A DNA stretch of 64,000 nucleotides from Octopus vulgaris. Its lineage: Eukaryota. The notes under the pieces were generated by a model. The model did not search any database and had not been told where the DNA came from. It worked only from the letters and a program-made list of their open reading frames with translations. Position 1 is the first letter of the stretch. Each line of letters opens with the position of its first letter. Below are positions 1 through 12,410 of the stretch, in pieces. The stretch spans positions 27,280,001-27,344,000 of the forward strand of contig OX597818.1 of assembly GCA_951406725.2 (NCBI GenBank). The letters run 5' to 3'. The position numbers were made by a program, and so were the translations under genes.

Positions 1-512
1 TAAAGGCCACAGGTTATGGTCTCACTTGTCTTGCCAGGTCTTTTCACGCACAGTATATTTCCAAACGTCTCGGTCACTAGTCATTGCCTCAGTGAGGCCT
101 AATGTTTGAAGGTCGTACTTCACCACCTCATACCAGGTCGTTCTGGGTCTACCTCTTACACAGGTTCTCTCAACCAAAAGGTGTGGCACTTTTTCACACA
201 GCTATCCTCATCCATTCTCGCCACATGACCATACCAGCGCAATCGTCTCTCTTGCACACCACATCTGATACTTCTTAGGTCCAACTTTTCTCTCATGGTA
301 CTTACACTCTGTCGAGTATGCACACTGACATTACACATCCATCGGATCATGCTGGCTTCATTCCTTGCGAGCTTACGCATGTCCTCAGCAGCCACAACCC
401 ATGTTTCACTGCCATGTAGCATGACTGTTCGTACACATGCGTCATACAGTCTGCCTTTTACTCTGAATGAGTGGCCCTTTGTCACCAGCAGAGATAAGAG
501 CTCTCTGAACTT
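1..512 (-). mobile_element. RTE-clade LINE 3' fragment (RT C-terminal region)
   Basis: ORF 156..539(-) reads ...KGRLYDACVRTVMLHGSETW...RRLRWYGHVARM, typical of the RTE ORF C-terminus. Near-identical to 25015-25520 on the + strand. Confidence 0.85.
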
Positions 513-2779
513 TGGTTGTTTAACCAGCACGTTAAACAAATGGTTGATTAGTTATTTAATCAATTAACTAACAATAAAGAAATGTTATTGAACCAGCGTG
601 TTTGTTATTATTGGCATAATGATCCTCCCAAGACAAGATTTGTTTCAACACACAAATTCACATCAAGAATCTTGCAAATTAAATACAAAAACAAAGTAAT
701 CAAGGCCGTCATTTCCCAAAATGCATAGAAAATAAATAAGTAATTGAAATTCCTATACAGACTTAGAAAATTTTTATATTTATATGTACTGGACAATTTT
801 ATAAAGTTCTCATGCATTTTCACATGTATATGAGTATATTTATATATTATTTCAGTCAGAGGCTGTGACCATGCTGGGCACCACCATTAGTATTTTAGAT
901 GGATTGGTTGTATTCCATCTACTTAGAAGGCTGTAATATCATTTGACAGGAACAAGGTATAAAGAAATACATGGAACAAGGTGGTAACTTTAAATGTCTT
1001 TAATGCTGGCCACCTGTATATATACGAGCTGAATAATAAATGGAAATAGTTGAACATTTATTCATATTTCTACATGTATCTGCATGGGCTGTATATTTGC
1101 TATTAACTATTGCTCATGAATAACAATATGTTAGAACCAGTGCAGTATTGCTGGTGCTGTGAAAAGGCAGACAATGGTCACTTCATGTAAAGATAGTTCG
1201 AAGGAGATGAGATGGCAGCTGAGTAAGAGTAGAAATTACAGCAGCGCTTGCTGTGTCTGATGCAATTCAACCAGCCGCAGCTGTGCATCAGAGATAGAGG
1301 GAGCGAGGAGAGATACTATAATGTAAGTGCAGTTCAGTGCCGTAAAATGAACCAGAGTGGAGCTGGTGAAATGAGTTGGCATCATGGGGCTGTAAAAACT
1401 CAGTAAATCAATATGAAAAGATGGAGGAAAAAGGTCCACAACGGTTGCATCATTGATAAAAATCGGCAGACTCTCTTCTTTCGTTGGCGGGTGAGTCTTC
1501 TTACGTCGGATGGGTCTCCTTTTTAGATGTGTGTTCCACGTTAGGTCAGCATTATAGAAGGAATTGTAGTGCTGCATCGGGTCACCATTTTACTTGGATA
1601 GGTTGTATTCCATCTAATGTGACCCTACTCAGAAGGCTGTAATATCATTTGACAGGAACAAGGTATAAAGAAATACATGGAACAAGGTGGCAACTTTAAA
1701 TGTCTTTAATGCTGGCCACATGTATATATACAAGCTGAATGATAAATGGAAATGGTTGAACATTTATTCATATTTCTACATGCATCTGTGTGGCTTGTAT
1801 GTTTGCTATTAACCATGGTGAGGTAGCTCATGAACAGCAATATGTTAGAACCAATGCAGTGTTGTCAGTACTATGTAGAGATGTTGACAACGTTGGTGAG
1901 AGACATGATGGTGGCAGCGAAGATGGAGGTCGCCGTAATGTGGTAAGTGGTTAGACCTTAGATGGTCTGGAACCAACAGACCCTGAAACTAAGAGGAGGT
2001 GAGTTTTTATAGCTAACAGTAGACTCAAATGAAGTTTTGAACAGACTCTCATTTGATTTAGTTGGTTGGGTTGCATATTGGCATGCAATAGAGTAAGAGA
2101 CAAATTGCGCCAGTACCAACCAATTAGAGTGGTAGACACAATGGGGTCCAAAAGAATGCCCAAAGGTTAGCTGTTAGCTGCAATATTCGTATGTATGTAT
2201 ATATATATATATATATATAATAGAGGAAGTTTGCTACAGTAACATTTGATTAATTTCATTTCCACGACCCATACACTCTAATTGTAATAAAATGCTCTTG
2301 CACTCTTCATCTCCACATTTTTACTCTCTCTCTCTCTCATCTTAGTCATGCAGTATACATTTTAGATTAGTGAGGACTCAACTCTTACAGTGTAACCGTC
2401 ATACTAGAGACATGGGAAACTGCACCCCGTATACTCTGTAAAATGCTTTGTGATAGGAAAGGAGACTAGCTGTGGAATTTAAATCAGATGAAATGTACAA
2501 ATGAAACATCTTCTAACCTACTTAAGTGAGCAATACTTCCTGATAAGAGGTGGCTTGAACTGTAAAGACACATCCAATCCATACCAGCATGGAAAGCATA
2601 GGTCAAGTGCTGATCATGTTAATAAGACATAGACGAAGTGACCATTAAACTTAGTGTTGACTATTTGGAGTCCAACCTTAAGTGGTTGTTGTAGAAAGCT
2701 TTATGAAGTTTATCAACTAGTGAATCTGTTCTGGTTCAGATGAAGAACTTTCTCAATTTCAGGTTGAATTCAATTATGC

Positions 2780-3700
2780 AACATTGCATTGTAGATTTTA
2801 AAGGGAATAGCCATAAGTGTGATACCTCTGTAGTTGGTGGTCAGTGATAAGTCTCCTTTCGTAGGGAACAGGAGAATGCAGACCTGGATTCTGCTTTGGT
2901 TATACATATTGCAGGATTGTTAAAGATTTTTGCCTTCCAAATTTTATGCAGCACCTCTCCAGACCAGCTACTTTCCTGTTCTTTAATCTCTTCTGTACTA
3001 CTTCCAACTCCTCTTCAGTGAATGGGCCTTTCTTGATAGGAAGTTTATCTCTGAACTGGAGATTGTTGATGGGGACTCTCACTAGGAAATTCTTGAAATG
3101 ATCTCTCCATTTCTGTAACCTTTCTTCCTTACTTGCTGCCTCTAGTTTGGTGATACAGATACTTTTTTGATAATTCAAGTGGGAGTACTATTGGGCAATA
3201 CACTTGCATCCTTCTTGTTCATCATAGTACTAGACTATAGTTGGTGCACATCTATTGATCTTTAACAGTAACATTGGTTTTACTCTACAGAAAGCAAGAA
3301 GTAGGAGGTGTCCAGACTGGTAGATCACTAATGCTCATTGTGCAGATGAACTCAATAGGAACAATGCACATGTTGTATGCTGTTCTCAACAAATCATGGA
3401 AACAATGTCAAATGAAGGAGAGCTTTATAGAAATATTCCTAGCATATCAATCATTTGAGAGTGGTGGTTAAGATATGCTGGTCACTACTATTGAAGCAAA
3501 GATGAGTTAGTGAATGAGTTCCTTCTGTGAATCTCAAGCCATGGGAATTCTGATGTCAGATGACTCAGAATGACATGCATTAATTAACTCTCTTGCGATG
3601 TTGAGTTATAAGTAGGAGACCTTAAAAATGTTATGATAGACAGGAATGTTTGGAGGGAGTGGTTTTGGTCTGTGCAACCATTCTGATAGATAGATATAAG
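2780..3700. mobile_element. Degenerate RTE-like LINE with an inverted 5' segment
   Basis: The - strand at 2900-3178 encodes an EN-RT linker (WRDHFKNFL...PFTEEELEVVQKRLKNRKVAG). The + strand at ~3300-3690 encodes a C-terminal part (AVLNKSWKQ, RYAGH) and ends in (GATA)n. Confidence 0.6.
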
Positions 3701-4950
3701 TATTTCAAGTTGTGATCTAAACCAATTTTGGGATTACAGTTGTCAAGAAAGAATATATTTGGAATTTACAACAAAAGTATCATGATATTGACCTTTTTGG
3801 ATCTCTTACCCCTTTCTATTTATCATATTGCCTTTGTAGCTTGTTGAATGATTACCGCTTGTTTTTGACTGTATCTCATGTTTTAAGTTTACTCTTTAAA
3901 ATGATCTTGGTTTATCAGGTCAACTCTTTCAGTTTAGTATATTATATTTGCTTTTTTGTAAATTGTACTAATTTTATGACTGCTACCTTATTTAATGTTT
4001 TTTTTTCTCCTTTGGGTTGTCTCCTTTATGTTGCTTCAGTTGGTTGAGATGCCTTTCATATAGGCAACACAATATATAAAGAAGTGATTGTAAGAGAGAT
4101 AACTCTTTTAAAACTTTTCTAAAGCATTTTTCAAATAACAGCAATCTGCATGAGTATTCATCAACACTTAACTTTAATAGATTGACATCCCAAATAATGA
4201 TTACAATAAGTGTGTATTTATATTTAAGGAAGGTTTTCTCATTTTAGCAAAGTATATTCTACTTAGCTGGTAGTAATAAATATAAAACTTGTAAGTAATC
4301 AGTATACATGAACACAGAGTGAATGTAGTGACACGCAGCTATGTTGTTATTATAATAGCTTTTCAGTGCTAGCTAGCTGCACTCTCAACTCCATTTGCAA
4401 AACTGTCTTCAATTTTAACATTACATGACGCCCTTCATTCAAAGAATTGCTCTGTTTTGGAATAACTCTTTCTTTAATTTAACCACTAATTTTTCAAATT
4501 CCAGATGAATCCTGTCAATATTATCCAGCTTTTTCATTTTTAATTCAAAGCAAACTTAGGGTTGTAGACTTTATCTGTTGACTGGATTAACGTGTCCATT
4601 AAGGCATGTTAAGCCAATCTTGAGTCAAGTCTACTCCATTGCAAATATTTGGATCAGGTATCCAGTCTGATATCCTCCTCCACCTCACCAACCATAGAGG
4701 CTTTCACTAAGCTATTAAAAAAAAAGTAAATGAAAATTACTGGATCTCTCCTATATTAGAGATGTCCTCTCTTAGATGTGACAATAAAAAAATTCAACTT
4801 TTGTAGCAATAGTATTATTGTTAGTATTTGGACAAATTGCTGCAATATGTTATGGGAAAGTATAAGTTTGTTTTGAAAAGGATTTTAGCTTCTCTCCTGG
4901 ATGATCAAACAGTTGAATATAATGTTTTTGTTTTTAATTTCTGTTACCAG

Positions 4951-5058
4951 GAAACAGGACTTGCTTATGACCGTTACTTAAATGAAATTGTTAATGTTTT
5001 GGAGGATGATCCAGCCTTTAAGAAAAAATTAGAAACTTCTGATCTTCAGTATATAAAG
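4951..5058 (+). CDS. NUCB2: Nucleobindin coding exon (first one visible in the window; signal-peptide exon(s) upstream)
   Basis: ccag|GAA...AAG|gtatct. ETGLAYDRYLNEIVNVLEDDPAFKKKLETSDLQYIK matches the nucleobindin N-terminal (nesfatin-1) region. 108 bp, phase 0/0. Confidence 0.92.
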
Positions 5059-5162
5059 GTATCTGATATTTACTTTATTCTTTCTAAAATGGTTTGCAGT
5101 GTTCTGAATTATAATTAAGACTTCTTATGATATCATTGTTATGCTAATATTGTTGTATTTTT

Positions 5163-5290
5163 ATTCCGCCAAGGTCAACTTTGCCTTTCATCCTTTTGGG
5201 GTCGATAAATTAAGTTGCATACTGGGGTCGGTCGATCTAATCGACTAGCTTTCTCCCCCAAAATTTCGGGCCTAGAGTAAAAAAGAATAT
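5163..5290 (+). mobile_element. 5'-truncated tRNA-derived SINE (family A)
   Basis: Shares the core gtcgactttgcctttcatcctttcggggtcgataaattaag and the tail agagtagaaaagaat with 6842-7080, 31637-31785 and 46476-46700. Confidence 0.75.
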
Positions 5291-6841
5291 TGCTGTACTT
5301 TTGCATGTATGTAAAATGCATGCAAAGATTAGCATTAGGGTGGCTACCAGTAAATTGTCAGAGCTTGTTTAAAGGTGAGTAAAGCTATGACAATGTTTCT
5401 CAACCATTGTGCAGTTGTCATTGCTATCTTTCCTAAGTTGCTTGAGCCCAAAAGTACATTTCAAATAATATGCATATAGTATTGAACATTAATTTTTTTA
5501 CTTCTATATTTGTACATATAGATTTACTCGGATTATTTTTACAATAGAGTTTTATAAAATTATTAGCAATAGAAAATGTTGATGGATTTTAAAAGTTGAA
5601 TACAAGTACTTTTTTTTTTGTATATTCATAACAAATTACTTAACTAGCTAAAGTCATTCAAGAATAAAACAAAAATCTATAGAATGTCAGGATACTGCAA
5701 TTTATTTTATTCTAATAAATATTGAAGTCAATGAAAAACCAATTTGTTTTCCTGTGACCAATTCTTGAATAATAGGTTGTTTTTCAATTTTCTATCTACT
5801 TCATTTTCATTTGCAGCAGAGTTACCATAAATAGTAAGCAATGAACAATTTAACTCTTTTTGCCAATTTTGTGTAGGAATCACATATAAATGGCCAAAAT
5901 TCTATGACTTATTTCTTATCAAACATATCTGTTGCTCTCAAACTTCAGAAATTCATCTTATCAAAATTTTTTTACATCTGATAATTTAAATGGAATTTAT
6001 GCTAAATCCAGTTTCTCATCAGTGAGTTCAGGAAAGTATTGGTTGCATTTATCTTCTTACTGTAAAATGCAGCAAAATTCCATTTTTTTTTTGTAAATTC
6101 TGGAAGCCATGTTATTTGATAGTGAAAATGCTGCAAGTTTTTTTGTAGTAATACAGGTTTGGTTCATAAAAGTGAACAGCACATATTAGTTCATACAGAT
6201 AAAATAAACAATGACACAAAATACATAATTAGTCCCTTATACAACTATTATAGGCCATTGAGGGCATTCTTGATAGTGCATCAAATACTGATTCAACTTT
6301 TATTTTAATGTATGGTTTATAGGAGGTAGTTATTTTTTTTTATTTTGAGAAAATCATGTAAGCTCTAGTTTCAACCACTGATGTAAATTTCTTTATCAAG
6401 AGTGCAAACTTTCTTTGAAGAGTTCCTAAAATCACTTCAATATTTGTTCAATGCAAACAATATATCAGGAATGGTTGTAATTGTTATCATACTATGAAGG
6501 AAGAAGCTGACATTGTAAACTTTTATGTGTTTTGCATCCCAAGAAAGTAAAAAATTGCAGATAAATCATTTGATAGAATAAAACTATTTACTTGGTTGGC
6601 TCTTCTACCTTAAGCTAATGAATATATGATTTAGAATGATATGAATAAGAGAAACAGTTTTAAAGAACTTTAGGACTTTAGGTAAGATAACATAAAGTGT
6701 ATTCTGAAGATATCCCACTGCCTGAAAAACAGTGCAGTTTGAAATTATTTTGGATATATTGACATGGTCAGTGTTTGGTGAGCTGTAAAAAATTCATTTA
6801 CCTTAAGCATTTGTACTGTTGATAATGAGATGCTTCTAAAA

Positions 6842-7080
6842 TTGAGCTGGCAGAAATGTTAGCACGCCAGGTGAAATGCTTAGTGCCATTTTGTCTGTTT
6901 TTACATTCTGAGTTCAAATTCCACTGAGGTTGACTTTGCCTTTCATCCTTTTGGGGTGATTACTAGATTCATATTTAAACTGCTAAGTACCAGTTGTGTA
7001 CTGGGGTTGATCTGATCAACTGCCCCCCCCCCCCCAAAAAAAAATTTCAAGCCTTGTGCCTAGAGTAGAAAAGAATATTC
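6842..7080 (+). mobile_element. tRNA-derived SINE (family A)
   Basis: A-box-like gctggcagaaatgttag, B-box-like gagttcaaattcc, shared central core. Multiple copies in the window. Confidence 0.8.
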
Positions 7081-7399
7081 TATAAAGACATATCTGGCCA
7101 TGGGGAAATAGTATCTTGTTTGTAAAGAAGGTGAGGGTTTGTGACAGGAAGGGCATTGAGCTATCTGCCTCAATAAACTCTGTCCTATCCATGCAACTAT
7201 GGAAAAGTGGATCTTAAAATGAAAGATGGTAGATATGTGTTTCAGTTAAAAAAAATTTAGTTTCCACTTACCTTTTTAATTAGTTTTAAAGCTATTAAAG
7301 TTAAGACAGGTTTTGATCTTGTTTTCTTGTTTTTTTTTTGCTAGTATAAAAAATGCAAAAGAAATGCACAAAAACTTATGAAATCACTTAATTATACAC

Positions 7400-7580
7400 T
7401 GGTATATTTGGACTAGTGTCCTCATTTTGTTTGTTATAGTCACAAAGTTTCAACTATTGTACTCTCTGGCCTTCTTCAGGTGCCTGTCCTATTTGGTAAG
7501 CTTTTTGGAATTTCAAACAAAACCCTCTATTAAATCTATGGGTACTGAATGTTCCCATTCCAGTGTCTATTCCAGAGATA
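7400..7580 (-). mobile_element. Degenerate Penelope pseudo-LTR with decayed hammerhead motif
   Basis: Resembles 60130-60280. The - strand reads cacCTGAAGAaggccagagagtacaatagttGAAActttgtg. Confidence 0.5.
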
Positions 7581-7900
7581 TTCTCTTATTCTCTTAATTT
7601 GTAATGTCACTTGCTTCTGCTTGAAGCAGAGAATATATTGATTGATGCAGGGACTAAATTCACAATCAAGTAACTCATTATGTACACTTGATTCTTAATT
7701 AACATTTATGTTCACTAACCCATTGTTCTGTAGGACAATTAAGTAATGGAAATTAGAGGCATTAGACCTAACCAGTTGAAATATATTAGCATATACCAAG
7801 TGTATCTACAAACTTATTTCTGTGATAATCTCTGCTTTATAAAAAATGGAAAATATATATATTGTTTCTGAATTTAACTTGTATTTTTTATTTATTACAG

Positions 7901-8027
7901 AGTGGTGCAATATCAAAAGACTTAGACTTGGTGCATCTTGGCATTCGGAAAAAATTGGATGAGATTAAGCGAAGAGAAGTAATCCGTCTGAAATCTCTTG
8001 TCCAAGAGCAGTTTAAATATAAATCTG
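7901..8027 (+). CDS. NUCB2: Nucleobindin exon
   Basis: tacag|AGT...TCTG|gtaaat. SGAISKDLDLVHLGIRKKLDEIKRREVIRLKSLVQEQFKYKS. Phase 0/1. Confidence 0.92.
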
Positions 8028-8505
8028 GTAAATGAATTAACTTTTGATGTTTCTAAGGAGAGTAGGGAGTCATATCCTGAGCATAAGTTTTTGGCTTGCT
8101 GAATCTAGTTCCTAGTTATAAGGATTTCATTTAAGGTGTAATAAATGAATGTCAAGGGAAAGATGAGCATCATACAAGTATCATTTTCCATTCTGTAGGA
8201 ATGAGGCCTTGTATCTATGTAAGAAATTTGTATCAGAAATCAATATTTTTAAAGAAAGCAGTGGTTCTTATATAGTGGTGACTGAAATTTAAAGGATTTT
8301 GTGTTATAGCCTGACTAAAGTGTCAAGTTAAGCTCATGAAGTCACATGACTGTTTCAGCATCTCAAACTTGCAATAAGGGAATATTGTTGCAAAAAATCT
8401 GGCAAAGACCTAGTTTTCATAAACATCAGTGCTCATAGTAAGTAGAATTTAGTCAATATACTTTTTGATTTAAAAATATTTCCAATAAATTAATATAACA
8501 GGAGA

Positions 8506-8972
8506 TACATTTAGAATAGCATGGCAGCATATGCATTAATATAGTATATCAGCATATACATTAGTATGGTATACCAGCATATACATTTAGTATGGCATAT
8601 TGGCGTATACATTTAGTATGGCATATTGGCATATACATTTAGTGTGGCATATCGGCATATAAATATAGTGTGGCATATCGGCGTATAGATTTAGTGTGGC
8701 ATATCGGCATATAGATTTAGTGTGGCATATCAGCGTATAGATTTTGTATAGCTGCATATACATTTTGTATGGTACAACAGTATTTACATTTAGTATGGTA
8801 TGCTAGCATATATAATTAGTATTGTATAGTGACACATTTAGTATGGTATGCTAGCATATATAATTAGTATTGTATAGTGATACATTTAGTATGGTATGCT
8901 AGCATATATAATTAGTATTGTATGGTGACATATTTAGTATGGCATAGTAGCATATACAATTTAGTATGGTAT
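8506..8972. repeat. Intronic minisatellite, ~22-23 bp unit, changing to a ~45 bp higher-order unit
   Basis: Repeated atacatttagtatggcatat(t/c)ggc, then acatttagtatggtatgctagcatatataattagtattgtatagtga x3. Confidence 0.9.
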
Positions 8973-11092
8973 AAGAATATGAAAATATTGTTATTGCAAC
9001 TACTGTTCAATTTCTATGCTTTTGTTGTTATTTAGCTCAAAGACTGCCCTGATCAAACAGACCTATCTATAATCAAAGGCAAATCTGTTTCAGCTAGAAA
9101 AAACATTAAAATGAAACAAAATCTTGGCATGTTGCCACAGAATAAACCATATGTTGAAGGTTTGCCATCTGCTTAATATGTAAAGAAATGTTGGTCTGTT
9201 CCTGCAAAATATGATCAGAAAATTACTTAGTGAACAATGGTAGATGAAACATTTGTGTGTGTGTGTGTGTGTGTATGTGTGTACACATGCACATGTGTAT
9301 ATGTGTGCAAAATATTTAACAATATGAGTGAACTTTCATGAACAAATATCAGATTCTGGCTTTGAGATTTTTAAAATTATAATTCACAGAATTATTCAGA
9401 GTTAGCAATAAAATTATTGTTGTTTACATTATATACTTAAAATTTAGATTACTGTTAATATTTATAGCAAATGAATATTTTACTTAAATTCCTAATGCCT
9501 TAAGGAAAGACGTATGTTAGACAGTCTCATTGTTGATCTACTGTACATTGAGGTCTTGTGTCTGCTAAACAACTTAATGGTTAAAATAACAGATTACTAT
9601 TGAATACTGATAAATTCCCAGTGAACAGAATTCACAACTTTTCTTTTTGTGGCCATTTTAAGCTGACCTTGAAAATGGCATGGGCATCAAGCAATCTTAT
9701 TTCTTTTCACTGTGTTGGAACCATTACTTACATAAGAATCCGAATGCTGTATGTTAGTAAGATTTTGATGAACAGATTCCTTAATCTTGTTCTGATTTCT
9801 AGTTGAAACCAATTTATACTTTTTTTTTTATCTGTTAACACTATTTTTATATTTGTATAAGAAATTGTGACTTTCTACATTCTAGTTAAAAGGTGAGATT
9901 TACTAATTTGTGAGAGAAAATTGAAAGGCTATATTTGTTTAAAAAATTTAAACTTTTTTAGTAAATCTGAAACTCTGTTATATTTTTTGGTTACTTTAAA
10001 GGTGTTTGTTAGTGTAATATATAAATCCTGACCAGAACATTTTATATTTTAATTTGCATTTATATAATTGCTATGTTGGAAAATAATGACGACAGTGATG
10101 ATGTATTGGCAAAGAATATTACCCTCATGTTTTGTTAACCATTAGTACACTGTTGTCTCTGGTTCAGTTAATTCTAGATTCAAATTAGTTGACTTAGTAA
10201 TCTTAGTTTACCGCTGTTCTGTTGTGGACCAAGGTGTTAAATAAAATGTTTGTTCTGTGAGTGATGCTGTGTTCTCTAATTCATTTGGTCATAAAAGCAC
10301 CACTGAAAACTTTGTCTTCAAGCTGTGTATTTTGTAAGATATATCTACTTTGATCGGATTTCATTCAGGAAGTGAAAGTCTAATATAGAACTACTTGTGG
10401 TCTTGTTCAGTTCACAATAGAATAGTTATCTGATACGTAGTTGTATTTATTATTGAATTATAGGATAACTGTGTATGAGTAGAGAGCTTATGAAGAGGTA
10501 CTTATTGATAATGAAATAGGATACATTAATTGTTTCCAACAACCTTTTAGATGCCTAAAACAGCCATCCTTGTCTTTGTGTTTGTTCTTTTTGCCTTCCT
10601 TTGTTTATTCTTTGTGTTATTCTCTGTTTATTCTCTCTTGTGTAGTTTCTGCAAGCTAAATTCCCTCTCAAGGCATTGATTGGCATGAGAATGTAGTTGA
10701 AGACTCCAGGTACCACACAGTGGAACTGAATTTGAAACCACTTGGTTATGAATTATGCTTCTTCAATTCAGTCATACTTGGTGGCAAATTGATTGAGTCA
10801 TTGAATGCCTTTCATTATTTATTTTGGCTCTCTCTGGTCTGAATTTAGATACTACTTTTCATCCTTTTGTAGCAGATAAATAAAATACCAGTTGAGTACT
10901 GTAGTTAGTTTCTCTTTTCTTTGCTTTTTAACCCCCCCTCTCTCTTCCCCTTCACTAAAAAAATTGTCTGTGTGCAGACCTTGAGAGGGATGGGCTCTGC
11001 TACATCCAAAAAAGTGTGTAAGGCATGTCTTATGTAATGTTGACACACCTGTCACTCCATCAGGAATTGAGGGTGCTTAGTACACACACTTA

Positions 11093-11864
11093 TGTAGTGG
11101 GAAAGGTGTAGCAAAAGATGTTGAGGTAACAGATGAAATAGGCATGTGGATGACATCATAGTAAAACAATGGGAAAGCATCAGATTGTAGGTTAAATAAT
11201 TTATTTAAATGACGGTCATCATTTTTTGACAGGACAAAGAAATTTCTTTCATGCCTGTTTGGTCAATGGTGGATCAGACAAGTGAGAATCCTTAGATTCG
11301 GCTTCAAATCTCAGCTCGGAAAAAGGAAGTGTTAGTTTATTTGTATACACCGAAAATTTTACTGCATGACATTACCAACTTACTTCGAGCTGGCCAAGAA
11401 GAAATTAACAGGGTAAATACTGTGCCAATATGATGATGTAGAACCAGACATGTTCTGTGTCTGTGTGTGCATTGGTCATTCAGTGGTGTTTGTTTATGTT
11501 CTGCGTCTGCTATTTTGTTGGGTTGTTCATGCCGAATATCTGGTTCTCTGTTGCCTGTTTAACTGGTGAAGTTACTTGCTGGCCGTCTCATCTCTGGCTA
11601 TCTCTCTCTGCTGTCCCTTGTAATGGTCGTGACAGCTAGAAGGATAGACATACCACAGGAGAAATTCCTACCTATGTAGGTCGACTCCTGTCCACTTGAA
11701 CCTTAAATGACACAGCTGAGGTTGAAGGGAAACCATCCATCATTTTTTGACAGGACAAAGAAATTTCTTTCGCACCTGTTTGGTCAGTGATGGATCAGAC
11801 AAGTGAGAATCCTTAGATTCCGTTTTGAATCTCAGCTCAGTAAAAGGAAGTGTTAGTTTTTACA
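11093..11864 (-). mobile_element. Solo LTR / TRIM-like element with 4-bp TSD
   Basis: TGTA...TACA termini flanked by CTTA at 11089-92 and 11865-68. Its terminal sequence is shared with 48877-48933. Orientation is inferred from a - strand AATAAA near 11200. Confidence 0.75.
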
Positions 11865-12315
11865 CTTATAATCAATATAATCTCTGGGTTAGGCATAGCA
11901 AAATCAAAGGCAGGCTAATAGTAGATAAAGATTTTGTGATAGATGCACAGGAGTAGTTAGCAATCAGTTGCACCAAGGAGGAAAAAATCTTTGCAATGCT
12001 TGTAGTTGTGAAAACGGTAGTGATGAAACAAAATAGCAATATTTTGTTTTGTTCTGAGTTCAAATCCAGCTTGATTTAACTTCTACCAGTTCCAATAAAT
12101 ATTCACCCATCATGCTCAAGAGTCAATTCAGTTGACCTGGTACCAATGTAAGAGATGGATATTTACATGACAACTCCATTTCAAAATTTTAACAATGTAA
12201 AACATCATTATTATGTATATTTGGTAGTAGTATGCATATATGTAACTGTAAATTAAATTTGAAAGAAACATTTATAAACTTGTAAATTTCTTTCTTTGAA
12301 ATTTATTTTCAACAG

Positions 12316-12410
12316 AAGAAAGAAATGGTAGAAAAGTGGCTTTGCATCATGTCAATTTGGATAATCCACATTCATTTGAAAAAGAAGACTTGGCAAAACT
12401 CATCAAACAG
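12316..12410 (+). CDS. NUCB2: Nucleobindin exon
   Basis: aacag|AA...CAG|gtaagc. EERNGRKVALHHVNLDNPHSFEKEDLAKLIKQ. Phase 1/0. Confidence 0.9.

Noticed and set aside
1236-1577. 113-aa ORF as a host gene or the missing nucleobindin 5' exon
   Set aside because: Wrong strand for nucleobindin, no recognisable motif or signal peptide, and it lies between repeats.
8506-8972. CRISPR-like regular repeats (also 25620-25880 and 53040-53226)
   Set aside because: Eukaryotic context, no unique spacers, no cas genes. These are minisatellite or TE-internal repeats.
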